From NCBI GenBank assembly GCA_963749655.1, contig CAVVOB010000004.1, positions 1 to 27,657 of the forward strand: 27,657 nucleotides of DNA, given 5' to 3'. Numbering within the stretch: the first letter of the stretch is position 1; every line of letters begins with the position of its first letter. This document shows positions 1-8,732 of this stretch, one piece after another. Origin of the DNA: Nitrospirota bacterium. Lineage in GTDB: Bacteria; Nitrospirota; UBA9217. The notes under the pieces were generated by a model that was not told where the DNA came from, ran no database searches, and saw nothing but the letters and a program-made list of their open reading frames with translations. A program made the position numbers and the translations under genes.

Positions 1-79
1 ATGAGAATTGAATAATGCGCTCGGTGCTATAGTTATAGGAGGAAGGCAGGTCTCTTCCACCGGGAAGGAGGTGGCGCTC

Positions 80-313
80 ATGGCAGTCAAAGCCTATGTT
101 TTGATCGAGGCGGTTCCCGGGGCGTCGCGGGACGTTGCAGCGCGGGTGCAGAAGATCGACGGAGTGAAGTCCGTTTCCGTCGTGACCGGACCGCATGATG
201 TGATCGCCCTTGTGGAGACGGCTGACGCTAAGGCGCTCGGCGATCTTTTGATCACGAAAATCCAGAAGATCGACGGCGTCGCCGGAACGATAACCGATGT
301 GGTGATCGATTAA
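80..313 (+). CDS. Stand-alone Lrp/AsnC ligand-binding (RAM) domain protein, 77 aa
   Basis: AAGGAGG RBS before ATG at 80; MAVKAYVLIE...VVTGPHDVIALVE pattern typical of the AsnC C-terminal domain; no HTH. Confidence 0.85.
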   Translation: MAVKAYVLIEAVPGASRDVAARVQKIDGVKSVSVVTGPHDVIALVETADAKALGDLLITKIQKIDGVAGTITDVVID

Positions 314-462
314 CGTAAGCGGGTCAAGTCTTGCGGTTTGACAAGCGGCCTGTCTCAGGTATCAGCCGCGAGCCTGTTCCAACCTTGCAGTCCTGATTCC
401 TTGCCCAGCTGCCCGCTCTTGGACCTTTGCCTTGGAGAAGGACGCTGATCAAGGAGGCCAGT

Positions 463-921
463 ATGATAACTGAAGAGAGTACTGCCGACCACGGTGATCC
501 CGATGACTTAAACCGCTTCACCAGCGCGCAGCAGGGAATCTACGACCGCGTCCTTGCCGAGCTGCGGGCCGGCCTGAAGCGCTCGCACTGGATGTGGTTC
601 ATCTTCCCGCAGATCGACGGACTGGGGCACAGCCCGACAACGAGACGCTATGCCATCAAGAGCCTGAATGAAGCGCGGAAATACCTCGGCCATCCTGTTC
701 TGGGAGCAAGGCTTGTGGAGACTGCTGAAGCGGTCCTTGGCGTTTCGGGGAGGTCGGCTTCGGATATCTTCGGGCACCCCGACGATATGAAGCTCCAATC
801 GTCCATGACCCTTTTCGCGCTCGTGACCGGGCCGGGTTCCGTGTTCGAGCGCGTTCTCGAAAAGTATTATCAGGGAAAGAGGGACGCCAGGACGCTGCAG
901 ATACTGGGAATTCACGGGTGA
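463..921 (+). CDS. DUF1810 family protein
   Basis: AAGGAGG before ATG 463; motifs DLNRF..AQ, ELRAGLKRSHWMWFIFPQ, YLGHPVLGARL, IFGHPDDMKLQSSMTLF. Confidence 0.9.
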   Translation: MITEESTADHGDPDDLNRFTSAQQGIYDRVLAELRAGLKRSHWMWFIFPQIDGLGHSPTTRRYAIKSLNEARKYLGHPVLGARLVETAEAVLGVSGRSASDIFGHPDDMKLQSSMTLFALVTGPGSVFERVLEKYYQGKRDARTLQILGIHG

Positions 922-960
922 GCTGAAAAAAGGACCCGGGGGTGTGAACCGAAAAAACCG

Positions 961-995
961 GGGGCCAGGGGCAAGCAGCAAGTCGCCAGGAGAAG
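961..995 (+). repeat. Heptamer block B
   Basis: GGGGCCA GGGGCAA GCAGCAA GTCGCCA GGAGAAG, 7-nt period, downstream of the DUF1810 stop. Confidence 0.6.
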
Positions 996-1100
996 CCGAC
1001 TAGATTCGATGGCAACGGGTTGTCACGCCCTGGCGCTGCTCGTCGCATCTCCGTTGTACTTCGTCGACGGTATGTCGATCTTCATCGGGTCTCGTCAGCC

Positions 1101-1658
1101 TTACGGATGTTCTGTACGGGGATGGAGCTTGACTGCGCATTCCTTGCAGAGATGCTGACTGAATTCTCCGTGCGAATGCGCGATGACATAGGACTCCACC
1201 ATTCGCCGGTAATCCTGGTCGTCGCGAAATTTTTTGCAGTTGGCGCAAACAGGGAGCATTCCGCTGAGCACCTCATTCTGCCTTAACGCATTGTCCAGGT
1301 CCTCGATGAGATTCTCTCTTTGCTGCAATGAGATCCGTAATTTCAGCAGCAAGGTCACGATCACATAGAACACGAAATAAAGGGCCAGGTTCCAGAATTC
1401 TGCGGCATGGGATGAATATTTTTTACCGGCCATAATATCCGAATACACGGTCGTGATAACCGACAGGACGGAAAACAAAATTCCTATCCTCTGCCCGACG
1501 AACCACGTAACGTAGGAGATCGGAAGCAGGTAAAACAATTCCATCCTGAATTCATACCCTGTCGCAAAATCGACGTATCCGATCACCATGGTCAATAAAA
1601 GACCGATGGTCAAATGATATCGTTTTGAAAGATCGCTGAGCCAGTCTAAAATCTCCAT
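1101..1658 (-). CDS. Membrane protein (DUF4118-like TM region) with coiled coil and C-terminal CxxC/CxxC module
   Basis: About 4 hydrophobic segments, then LSGMLPVCANCKKFRDD...EFSQHLCKECAVKL, a tail common on deltaproteobacterial-type signalling proteins. Confidence 0.75.
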   Translation of the reverse strand: MEILDWLSDLSKRYHLTIGLLLTMVIGYVDFATGYEFRMELFYLLPISYVTWFVGQRIGILFSVLSVITTVYSDIMAGKKYSSHAAEFWNLALYFVFYVIVTLLLKLRISLQQRENLIEDLDNALRQNEVLSGMLPVCANCKKFRDDQDYRRMVESYVIAHSHGEFSQHLCKECAVKLHPRTEHP

Positions 1659-1675
1659 ATATCCCCCCGTCTGTT

Positions 1676-1812
1676 ATGCGGATTTCGAATAACCGATTTG
1701 AACCAAGCAGCAGGACGACCGGTCCGGAAAGCCCTTTAAAACCTTCCATAATTATAGCAGGCCAGAGGGCCGGGAGTGGAAGTGGGGAATGTTTCAAATG
1801 CGGAATGCGGAA
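1676..1812 (+). repeat. Heptamer block A copies flanking B-like sequence
   Basis: ATGCGG ATTTCGA ATAACCG ATTT at 1676-1699 and AATGCGG AATGCGG AA at 1797-1812. Confidence 0.65.
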
Positions 1813-1897
1813 GGAAAGAGCGGGTAAGCGTGAATGCGTGTGTGTGTAAAAGCGTATTGAATCGCCGAGACACTTCTCCGTCGTTGTCTTGTCGCTT

Positions 1898-3274
1898 CTA
1901 CTTCTGCAGTCCCAGCTTTTTCCTCAGCGTCAGGCGGTTGATGCCCAGGAGCCTGGCAGCCTCGGTCTGATTTTCACTGGTCCGGGACATGAGGTATTCG
2001 AGGATATGCCTGTCCACGTCGGCATGAATCTTATCGTAGATATTCTTCTCGTTGCTGTCCAGGGCGCTCTTGACCATCGGAACGATTGCGGCAGACAACG
2101 TATCGGCTGATCCGTTTATCTGCTGAACGCCGGCGCTGGAGCCCAGGTCCCGGAGCTCATGCGTCGTGAGATAGCCCGTTTTGCACATGGCGATGGCTGA
2201 GCGGATCGTGTTCTCCAACTCCCGCACGTTGCCGGGCCAGTCATAGGATAGGAGCCTTTCCATGAAGGCCTTGGTGACGCCGCTAATCGGCTTCTGCGCC
2301 GTTTTCGCGTGGCGTTGGAACAAAAACTGTACGAGCGGATGGATGTCCTTTTTCCGCTCACGGAGCGGAGGAACATGCACTTCCGCAACCCGGAGCCGGT
2401 GATACAGGTCCTCCCTGAAGGTGCCCATGCGTATCATGGAAGTCAGGTCGCGGTTGGTGGCGGAGATCACCCGCACATTGACATGGACTTCCTTGGTGCT
2501 CCCCACGGGGTAGAAGGTCTGCGTTTGAAGGAAGCGCAGCAGCTTTCCCTGGAGGGGCAGCGGAAGCTCTCCTATCTCATCGAAAAACACGCACCCGTTG
2601 TTCGCGATCTTGAGCATGCCCTCTTTTGAAACCACCGCGCCCGTAAACGCCCCCCGCTCGTGGCCAAAGAGCTCCGACTCCAAAAGCGCTTCCGGTACCG
2701 CAGCGGCATTGATCACCACGAAAGGCTTTTCGTCGCGCGAAGAAAGCTGCGCAATAGACTGAGCCACGAGTTCCTTGCCGGTCCCGGTCTCGCCGGTCAC
2801 CAGGACGGGCACATCCACTATCGCCATGCGGGCCACTTTTTCGCAGAGGTCCATGACCAGCGTGGAACGGCCTATGATGCCGCAGGTCTCAGCCGGAGCG
2901 AGCAGATCCTTGAAGATATCGACAGCGCCGTCAAGCTCGCGCATGAGGTCCCGGAGTTCGTCCAGGACGAGCTTCCACTTCTGTTTGTCCAGGGGCCTGC
3001 GCATGATCTCATAAGCGCCGCTGATCGCGGCCTCCATGACCTGTCCGGTCTGTTCCTGGCCCGTAATGGCAAGAACAAGGCCCTTGCGGCTGTATTCCTT
3101 TATCAGCGACACATCGACCGAATCCATATCGAATACAAGGCAAGCCAGGTCGCCGCCGTACATGACGGTGCCCGGCAACGAATGGGAGAGGCGATAGCCC
3201 TTGGGCAGCGCCCGCGCAAGCTCTTTGGCTAAAGTGCCGCTTTTATCATTCGTTATGAGAAGAACGTTAAGCAT
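1898..3274 (-). CDS. Sigma-54-dependent transcriptional activator (NtrC/Fis family) with degenerate receiver domain
   Basis: Walker A GETGTGKE, ESELFGHERGAFTGA, FFDEIGEL, WPGNVRELEN, C-terminal Fis-type HTH NQTEAARLLGINRLTLRKKL. Confidence 0.95.
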   Translation of the reverse strand: MLNVLLITNDKSGTLAKELARALPKGYRLSHSLPGTVMYGGDLACLVFDMDSVDVSLIKEYSRKGLVLAITGQEQTGQVMEAAISGAYEIMRRPLDKQKWKLVLDELRDLMRELDGAVDIFKDLLAPAETCGIIGRSTLVMDLCEKVARMAIVDVPVLVTGETGTGKELVAQSIAQLSSRDEKPFVVINAAAVPEALLESELFGHERGAFTGAVVSKEGMLKIANNGCVFFDEIGELPLPLQGKLLRFLQTQTFYPVGSTKEVHVNVRVISATNRDLTSMIRMGTFREDLYHRLRVAEVHVPPLRERKKDIHPLVQFLFQRHAKTAQKPISGVTKAFMERLLSYDWPGNVRELENTIRSAIAMCKTGYLTTHELRDLGSSAGVQQINGSADTLSAAIVPMVKSALDSNEKNIYDKIHADVDRHILEYLMSRTSENQTEAARLLGINRLTLRKKLGLQK

Positions 3275-3322
3275 AGGAAATTTCCTTCCCCAAGTATTAC
3301 CCTTCTACTGTTCTCGTAGATA

Positions 3323-3357
3323 GTATAAATAATATACAAATCGTATAATAAATATAC
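3323..3357. promoter_or_regulatory. Two palindromic sites GTATA-N5-TATAC, candidate enhancer (UAS) of the adjacent activator
   Basis: GTATAAATAATATAC at 3323-3337 and GTATAATAAATATAC at 3343-3357, 20 bp apart, upstream of a -24/-12 promoter. Confidence 0.7.
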
Positions 3358-3407
3358 TCAAACGTCAATAGTTTTTTCTTAACTATTGATTTATAAGGAC
3401 CATATAT

Positions 3408-3423
3408 TGGCAAGCTACTTGCA
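3408..3423 (+). promoter_or_regulatory. Sigma-54 (-24/-12) promoter
   Basis: TGGCAAGCTACTTGCA: GG-N10-GC, close match to TGGCAC-N5-TTGCW. Confidence 0.85.
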
Positions 3424-3587
3424 CAAATAATGACCCGGATGGCTCTTTGTTCAACTCATAATGAGTACAATTGTAACTTAATGTCGGAAATATGATTTTC
3501 TCTGACTGAATCTGACCCCTCATCTGGTAAATTCCCCTTACACGGGAGTGTTTCGGTAACATGTTTTTGCAGTTGACTGGTGAAAAA

Positions 3588-5022
3588 ATGATTGCTGAAG
3601 AGACAAAAACCCAGAAAAAGATCGAACCCAGGAAGACGCCGATGCCCGAGCAGCCGCCTCAGGTCAGGCGCTCCAATTTCCAGGAGGTGTCGCTGGGGTA
3701 CACCCCGGAAATGGCAATGCAGGAGGCCCGGCGCTGCCTTCAGTGCAAGCAGCCCCAGTGCGTAACCGGCTGCCCTGTAGGCGTTCCGATTCCCCGCTTC
3801 ATCAAAGAAATACGGGAAGGCCGCTTCAGCCAGGCGATAGCCGTTATCAAGGAGGCGAACCTTCTTCCCGCGGTCTGCGGCAGGGTCTGTCCTCAGGAGA
3901 ATCAATGCGAGAAGCAATGCCTCCTTGGGAAGAAATTCGAGCCCGTGGCGATCGGCCGGCTCGAACGGTTTGCCGCCGACCAGGCGCTGTCGAACGGCGG
4001 TCTCCCAGGTTCCAGCAGTCGCGGAAAAGACCGGCAGGAAGGCGGCTGTCATCGGCAGCGGCCCTTCGGGGCTGGCCTGCGCCTATGAGCTGGCGCGCCG
4101 GGGCCACGAGGTGGTCATCCACGAGGCCCTGCACGAACCGGGAGGGGTCCTCGTTTACGGGATCCCCGAGTTCCGTCTGCCGAAAAGGATCGTCCATGCC
4201 GAGATCGCGGTTCTCAAAAAGATGGGTGTTGAGATCATGACGAACTCGGTTGCAGGAAAACTCTTCACGCTCGATGAACTCATGGAGCGATACGATGCCT
4301 GTTTCATCGGAAGCGGGGCCGGCTTTCCGAAATTCATGGGCATCGACGGGGAGAACCTGAACGGCGTCTATTCGGCCAACGAGTTCCTCACCAGAATAAA
4401 CCTTATGCGCGGTTATCAGTTCCCTGATTTCGACACGCCGGTGAAGCGCGGCGGCCGGGTGGCCGTTTTCGGGGGCGGCAATGTGGCCATGGATGCTGCA
4501 CGGACCGCCCTCCGTATCGGCGCAGCGGAAGTGATCCTCATTTATCGCCGTTCGCTCTCAGAACTTCCCGCCCGCAGAGAAGAGGTCCACCACGCGCAGG
4601 AGGAGGGCGTCCGGTTCGAGCTCTGCACGAACCCGGTGCGGATCCTGGGGGACGATCAGGGTCAGGTACAGTCCGTCCAGTGCGTGAGGATGGATTTATG
4701 CGAGCTGGACGAATCCGGACGGAGATCGCCGAAACCCATCGAGGGATCGGATTTCACGATCCCCGTTGATGCCGCCATCGTTGCGCTGGGCACCGAGGCC
4801 AACCCCCTCATCGCGCAGAGCGCAAAGAACCTCCAGGTCAACAAACGCATGTACATCATCGCCGATGAGGAATCGGGCCGTACGAGCATCGAAGGCGTTT
4901 ACGCGGGCGGCGACATCGTCACTGGATCCGCTACCGTTATTTCGGCCATGGGCGCGGGCAGAAAAGCCGCGAAGGCCATGCACGAGTACCTGATGCAGAC
5001 TGTTCCGGCCCTACAGGCCTAG
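3588..5022 (+). CDS. gltA: NADPH-dependent glutamate synthase small-subunit-like flavoprotein (GltA/SudA/NfnB type), split by a frameshift near 4004-4006
   Basis: N-terminal part has EARRCLQC..CVTGCP and CGRVCPQENQCE Fe-S motifs. C-terminal part has GSGPSGL, YGIPEFRLPK, GGGNVAMDAAR, YAGGDIVTG. One extra C in CTCCCAG joins the two frames. Confidence 0.9.
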
Positions 5023-5079
5023 CGCGCCACGGCCGGAGAAAGACAATTTGAAAAACGATAATCTTAAAGGAGGGTAAGC

Positions 5080-5280
5080 ATGGATACTCTTTATGGAAGG
5101 AACCCGAAGCGCATCATGTGTCAGTGCAATGCAGAGGAAATGAAGGTGGAGGTGGTCACGCTCAGTCTGAATGACCGGTGCCCGGTATGCAGCCAGGCGC
5201 GCTATATCTGTATCCCGAAAAAGGATATAAAGGTTAAGGACCTGCCGCATGCCGGAAGCTATGGAGCGAAAGTAGCCTGA
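5080..5280 (+). CDS. Small Cys-containing (zinc-ribbon-like) protein, 66 aa
   Basis: Strong AAGGAGG RBS; CQC and CPVC motifs; 57 bp after gltA. Confidence 0.65.
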   Translation: MDTLYGRNPKRIMCQCNAEEMKVEVVTLSLNDRCPVCSQARYICIPKKDIKVKDLPHAGSYGAKVA

Positions 5281-5542
5281 TTGCGCTTCGCGGTTGCTGA
5301 AGCCGGGGCTCTTTGGACATAGCAATTCACCAATGAAAAAAGTGACCTGACTGCAATGCGGGTCGCAGTGGGACTCTATTACCGTTCTGTCGCATCGCCC
5401 GCGAACCTTCCGAGGCCAGGTCTTGAATTTTCGCGTTTTTTCTTCTGCCATAGCGCCGTCAATGGTAAGGAAAAAAAATGCTTTACAGACGATAAGCATT
5501 TTGCTGTCTGTACCTCACTCAATCCCCCCCAGCATCAAAGAC

Positions 5543-5581
5543 GCCAAAACAGAGCGGGTTGATAGCCCGCTCTGTTTTGGC
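5543..5581. terminator. Perfect 16-bp hairpin, likely intrinsic (possibly bidirectional) terminator
   Basis: GCCAAAACAGAGCGGG-TTGATAG-CCCGCTCTGTTTTGGC. Confidence 0.75.
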
Positions 5582-5720
5582 CGCCAATCACCATCGCCTC
5601 CCAATCGTTTCACAGTCGTTGCCGCACTGCTCCTTCGTCGATGCGCAGTTGACTCTCGCCTCCCCGTTTGTCTTTTGCTTCACCCTTTCGCCTCCAGCCG
5701 GGTTTCGTCCGCGCATGTAC
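5543..5720 (-). ncRNA. Candidate small RNA with repeated GGAGGCGA motifs
   Basis: TCGCCTCC on + at 5594, 5656 and 5688, followed on the minus strand by the 16-bp hairpin; no credible CDS. Confidence 0.35.
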
Positions 5721-5853
5721 TCACAGTTTCATACCTTTGATTTTATGCCGGAAAATGGTCAAATCACCAACTTTAAACTTATTATTTGCGCACAATCGAG
5801 CAATGAAAAAAGAAAAGTTCCTTGAAATAATGGTATTTACAGGGAATGTTTTG

Positions 5854-5869
5854 TGGCATACGAGTTGCT
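5854..5869 (+). promoter_or_regulatory. Sigma-54 (-24/-12) promoter
   Basis: TGGCATACGAGTTGCT, GG-N10-GC, about 100 bp upstream of ATG 5970. Confidence 0.75.
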
Positions 5870-5969
5870 ATTTTATGAAGAGTGAAAGGGCTGCAAGATG
5901 CTCACACGAGGAAGAGCCGCCTCTTTATATTTAGGTGGTTTGAGATCTCTACACCAGGAGAAGAAAAAC

Positions 5970-6236
5970 ATGAACAGCAGATCGAAAACCGGATTTTGGC
6001 TCCGATGCCGCAGAGCATTGCACGATTGGGAAATGCGCCACTTCGGCGTTCGGCTGCATCGTCTCTGGATGGTCCTGCTGGTCCTTGCCCTGCCTTTCTT
6101 CTTCATAACGACTGCCGATTATTTTGAAGCAATGGAACGATCGGGAACCTTCGGAGCGCTTATCGCCGACATGATGCTGCCGGCAATGATCGTCAGTTTT
6201 TTCGTCTTATTGTATGTGCTGAAACAGAGTAGATAA
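5970..6236 (+). CDS. Small hypothetical membrane protein (2 TM), 88 aa
   Basis: AGGAG RBS; two hydrophobic stretches; lies behind the sigma-54 promoter. Confidence 0.6.
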   Translation: MNSRSKTGFWLRCRRALHDWEMRHFGVRLHRLWMVLLVLALPFFFITTADYFEAMERSGTFGALIADMMLPAMIVSFFVLLYVLKQSR

Positions 6237-6305
6237 AGAACGTAGAACGTAGCTAGGAGCCGGGGTTGTAATTATGGTTTTAGAACACGCTGAACGCTGA
6301 CAGCT
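6237..6305 (+). repeat. Composite heptamer repeat (B remnant plus C)
   Basis: AGAACGT AGAACGT AG, GGAGCCGGGGTTGTAATT, TTTTAGAACAC GCTGAAC GCTGACA GC. Confidence 0.7.
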
Positions 6306-6354
6306 TTCTTCTCCTGCTGCTTTTAGAACCCTTCAGAGTCAGTCTCCTTAATGT

Positions 6355-6383
6355 TTGACTTCCCTTTTTTCCTCTGATATTTT
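6355..6383 (+). promoter_or_regulatory. Sigma-70-type promoter, predicted leaderless start at ATG 6390
   Basis: TTGACT-N17-TATTTT with TGn extension; A of ATG is the 7th base after the -10; no SD. Confidence 0.55.
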
Positions 6384-6389
6384 CTCTGC

Positions 6390-6731
6390 ATGACAGATTC
6401 GAATTCCCGATTGGTTTATTCAACGGAAAAGGTTGTCCCGAGGAAGGAAAAGGCGGCTGATCGCGGCCCTGTGACGCCTCCTGTTTTTACAAAAGGCAGG
6501 ACCGTTGTGCGCCTCGACAGAAAAGGCAGGGGCGGCAAGTCAGTCACGGTGGTAGAGGGTCTATCGCTTTCGACTGAAGACAGCGAAAAGCTCCTGAAGC
6601 AATTCAAGGCGAAATTCGGCACCGGCGGAGCTGTTAAGAACGGCGCGCTCGAAATCCAGGGGGACCATTGCGATGCAATCACGGCCGAGTTGTCAAAAAT
6701 CGGTTACAGGCCGAAGCGTTCAGGTGGATAA
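6390..6731 (+). CDS. yciH: Translation initiation factor SUI1/YciH family protein
   Basis: SRLVYST, RKGRGGKSVTVVEGL, GTGGAVKNGALEIQGDH, C-terminal KRSGG. Confidence 0.92.
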   Translation: MTDSNSRLVYSTEKVVPRKEKAADRGPVTPPVFTKGRTVVRLDRKGRGGKSVTVVEGLSLSTEDSEKLLKQFKAKFGTGGAVKNGALEIQGDHCDAITAELSKIGYRPKRSGG

Positions 6732-6945
6732 TAAGAAAGGGTCCAGCAGCCGGCAACAAGGAGCTTGACAGTTCAACTCCGCCTTCGCACGGATCCGATA
6801 GCGTCAGGTTTCCTTATTCGTCATTCTCCTTCACGTCGTTTTCCCTTCTCAAATATATCGCTGATGACGTATAATACCCTGCTGTAATGAAGCAACAGGA
6901 CAACTTGATCGAGAGGATGCTTTGCGACCGATGGGAAACACTTTA

Positions 6946-7533
6946 ATGAGCTACACAGACGACAACCTGACGCGCGAGGCGCTCAGAGCGGTCGGATCGG
7001 AGCGAACGCTCCATGAGATCTACGGCCTTTTTTACGGGGGCCTGGCCGCGCCGGATCCGGCAGATCCGGTCGAGTTTCTGCCTGTAATTTTCGAGGAAGA
7101 CCCTGCATCTGTTGTTTCAGAAGAAGACGCTGAAAACCTTCAAAAGAACCTGCTGTCGCTCTGGAACTTCATTGCTTCATGGAAGCCGGAAGAGCAGCCC
7201 TTTTACTTTCCCGAAGAGGTTTATCCGGAAAACTATCAAGGCCTGCTGCAACGACTGACCGACAATGCGTCGCTGGTGCAGTTCTTCATAGCAGGGCTCA
7301 ACCTGGGCGGCACGGAAGAAGACGATTTTCCCGATGATGCGGTCGACGCGATGCACGAGTTGACGGAAGCGACAACGCGCTTGCAGAAAAATATCGCCCT
7401 GTGCGCCAAACTGGAACCCACGGCAACGGATGACGACCCCGATTCAACTGCACAGATGCTGGACGAGATCGAGGACATCCTCGCTGATTGCATCGCCCGG
7501 GTGACCATCGGGCTTAAAAAGGCGAAACGGTGA
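6946..7533 (+). CDS. UPF0149/YecA-like acidic helical protein
   Basis: LHEIYGLFYGGLAAPDPADPVEFLPVIF resembles the YecA N-terminus; very acidic; start uncertain (6931 or 6946). Confidence 0.65.
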   Translation: MSYTDDNLTREALRAVGSERTLHEIYGLFYGGLAAPDPADPVEFLPVIFEEDPASVVSEEDAENLQKNLLSLWNFIASWKPEEQPFYFPEEVYPENYQGLLQRLTDNASLVQFFIAGLNLGGTEEDDFPDDAVDAMHELTEATTRLQKNIALCAKLEPTATDDDPDSTAQMLDEIEDILADCIARVTIGLKKAKR

Positions 7534-7545
7534 GTCCGTTCCTCG

Positions 7546-7635
7546 AAGGCGGAATGCGCCAATGCGGAATAAATACAGCAAGGGTCCAGGAGCAAGGTGC
7601 CGGGAATATAAAGTAACAAGCTGAATGCTGACAGC
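7546..7635 (+). repeat. Composite heptamer repeat A-B-C (full copy)
   Basis: AATGCGGAAT...GGGTCCA GGAGCAA GGTGCCG GG...AACAA GCTGAAT GCTGACA GC; 7561-7635 aligns by hand to 9479-9552 at 61/75 positions. Confidence 0.85.
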
Positions 7636-7650
7636 ACTTACGAGGCGCGA

Positions 7651-7986
7651 ATGAATGACGAAGAGATCGACCGGTTCAGACAGAAACTTCTTGATCTAAA
7701 AGCCGACCTTCAAAACCAGGAAGCAGCATCCAAAGCAGCGGCTTCTGCGGAACCCGCACAAGCTGATTCAACCGACGTCTCCCGCAAGGATGCCATGCAT
7801 GCGCACCTGGTGGCCCAGGAACCGGCCAGACGGCGTCAGCGTCAGCTCGGAAAAATCGAGGGTGCGCTTCGCCGCATTAAAGCCGGCGATTACGGAAACT
7901 GCTTTGTATGCGGCGACGAAATTGAAGCTGACCGGCTTTTGGAAGATCCGACAAACACACGCTGTTTGAAATGCGTCGAATCCTAG
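7651..7986 (+). CDS. TraR/DksA C4-type zinc finger protein
   Basis: Coiled coil, then IEGALRRIKAGDYGNCFVCGDEI...RL...P...RCLKC. Confidence 0.9.
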   Translation: MNDEEIDRFRQKLLDLKADLQNQEAASKAAASAEPAQADSTDVSRKDAMHAHLVAQEPARRRQRQLGKIEGALRRIKAGDYGNCFVCGDEIEADRLLEDPTNTRCLKCVES

Positions 7987-7999
7987 CAAGCCACCTTCA

Positions 8000-8048
8000 A
8001 ATGCGGATTTCGAATTGCGGATTTTAGAACAAGCTGAAAGCTGGCTGC
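8000..8048 (+). repeat. Composite heptamer repeat A-C
   Basis: AATGCGG ATTTCGA ATTGCGG ATTTTAGAACAA GCTGAAA GCTGGCT. Confidence 0.85.
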
Positions 8049-8082
8049 CGGCCTCCTGAGAGCTTTTAACGGAGACAACTCC

Positions 8083-8634
8083 ATGGCATTGAAATCCACC
8101 ATATTCAAGGCAGAGCTCCAGATTTCCGACATGGGACGCAACTATTACGGCGATCACAGCCTTACCCTTGCGCGCCACCCGTCCGAGACCGATGAGCGCA
8201 TGATGGTCCGTTTGCTGGCCTTTGCCCTGCACGCGCATGAGGCGCTGGTCTTCGCAGACAGCATCGGCAGCGACGATGAGCCGTCGCTCTGGCAAAAGGA
8301 CCTGACCGGCGCAATCCAGCTCTGGATCGAGGTGGGTCAGCCGGACGAAAAACGCATTCGCAGGGCCTGCGGACGGGCCTCGCAGGTGTACATCTTCGCG
8401 TACGGCGGCCATGGCGTCGACGTTTGGCTGAACCAGATCAAAAGCAGCCTCGAGCGCTCACGGAACCTGACGGTGATAAGCCTGCCCTCAGGCGCTCCCG
8501 CGGCTCTTGCCGGGCTGGCGCAGCGCAGCATGAAACTGCAGTTCACCGTTCAGGACGGACAGGTATGGGCGACCAATGAAAAGGAGACCGTTCATCTGGA
8601 CCTGACCGACTCAATAGTTCTGAAGCCTGTTTGA
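8083..8634 (+). CDS. yaeQ: YaeQ family protein
   Basis: MALKSTIFKAELQISDM.R.YY, LARHPSETDERMMVRLLAFAL, DEPSLWQKDLTGAIQLWIEVGQPDEKRI. Confidence 0.95.
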   Translation: MALKSTIFKAELQISDMGRNYYGDHSLTLARHPSETDERMMVRLLAFALHAHEALVFADSIGSDDEPSLWQKDLTGAIQLWIEVGQPDEKRIRRACGRASQVYIFAYGGHGVDVWLNQIKSSLERSRNLTVISLPSGAPAALAGLAQRSMKLQFTVQDGQVWATNEKETVHLDLTDSIVLKPV

Positions 8635-8715
8635 ATTGCGGATTGAGAATTATAAAACGAGCTGAAAGCCGAACGCTGACAGCTTTGGCCCCTGGATCCC
8701 TGCCCCTGAACCCTG
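8635..8715 (+). repeat. Composite heptamer repeat A-C plus inverted B
   Basis: ATTGCGG ATTGAGA ATT / GCTGAAA GCCGAAC GCTGACA GC / TGGCCCC TGGATCC CTGCCCC TGAACCC. Confidence 0.85.
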
Positions 8716-8732
8716 TCTTTGAAAGGTGCGGC

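Noticed and set aside
149-277. Repeated CAGAAGATCGACGG (QKIDGV twice) in the Lrp-domain gene
   Set aside because: In-frame and explained by the internal two-fold symmetry of the RAM fold.
5011-5499. 162-aa minus-strand ORF
   Set aside because: Overlaps the RBS-supported 5080-5280 gene; no motifs and no clear RBS.
8631-8732. N-terminal extensions of ORFs starting at 8631 (and similarly 9925)
   Set aside because: The TTG starts fall inside heptamer repeats (NCGLRI-type translation); downstream ATGs with RBS-like sequences are more plausible.
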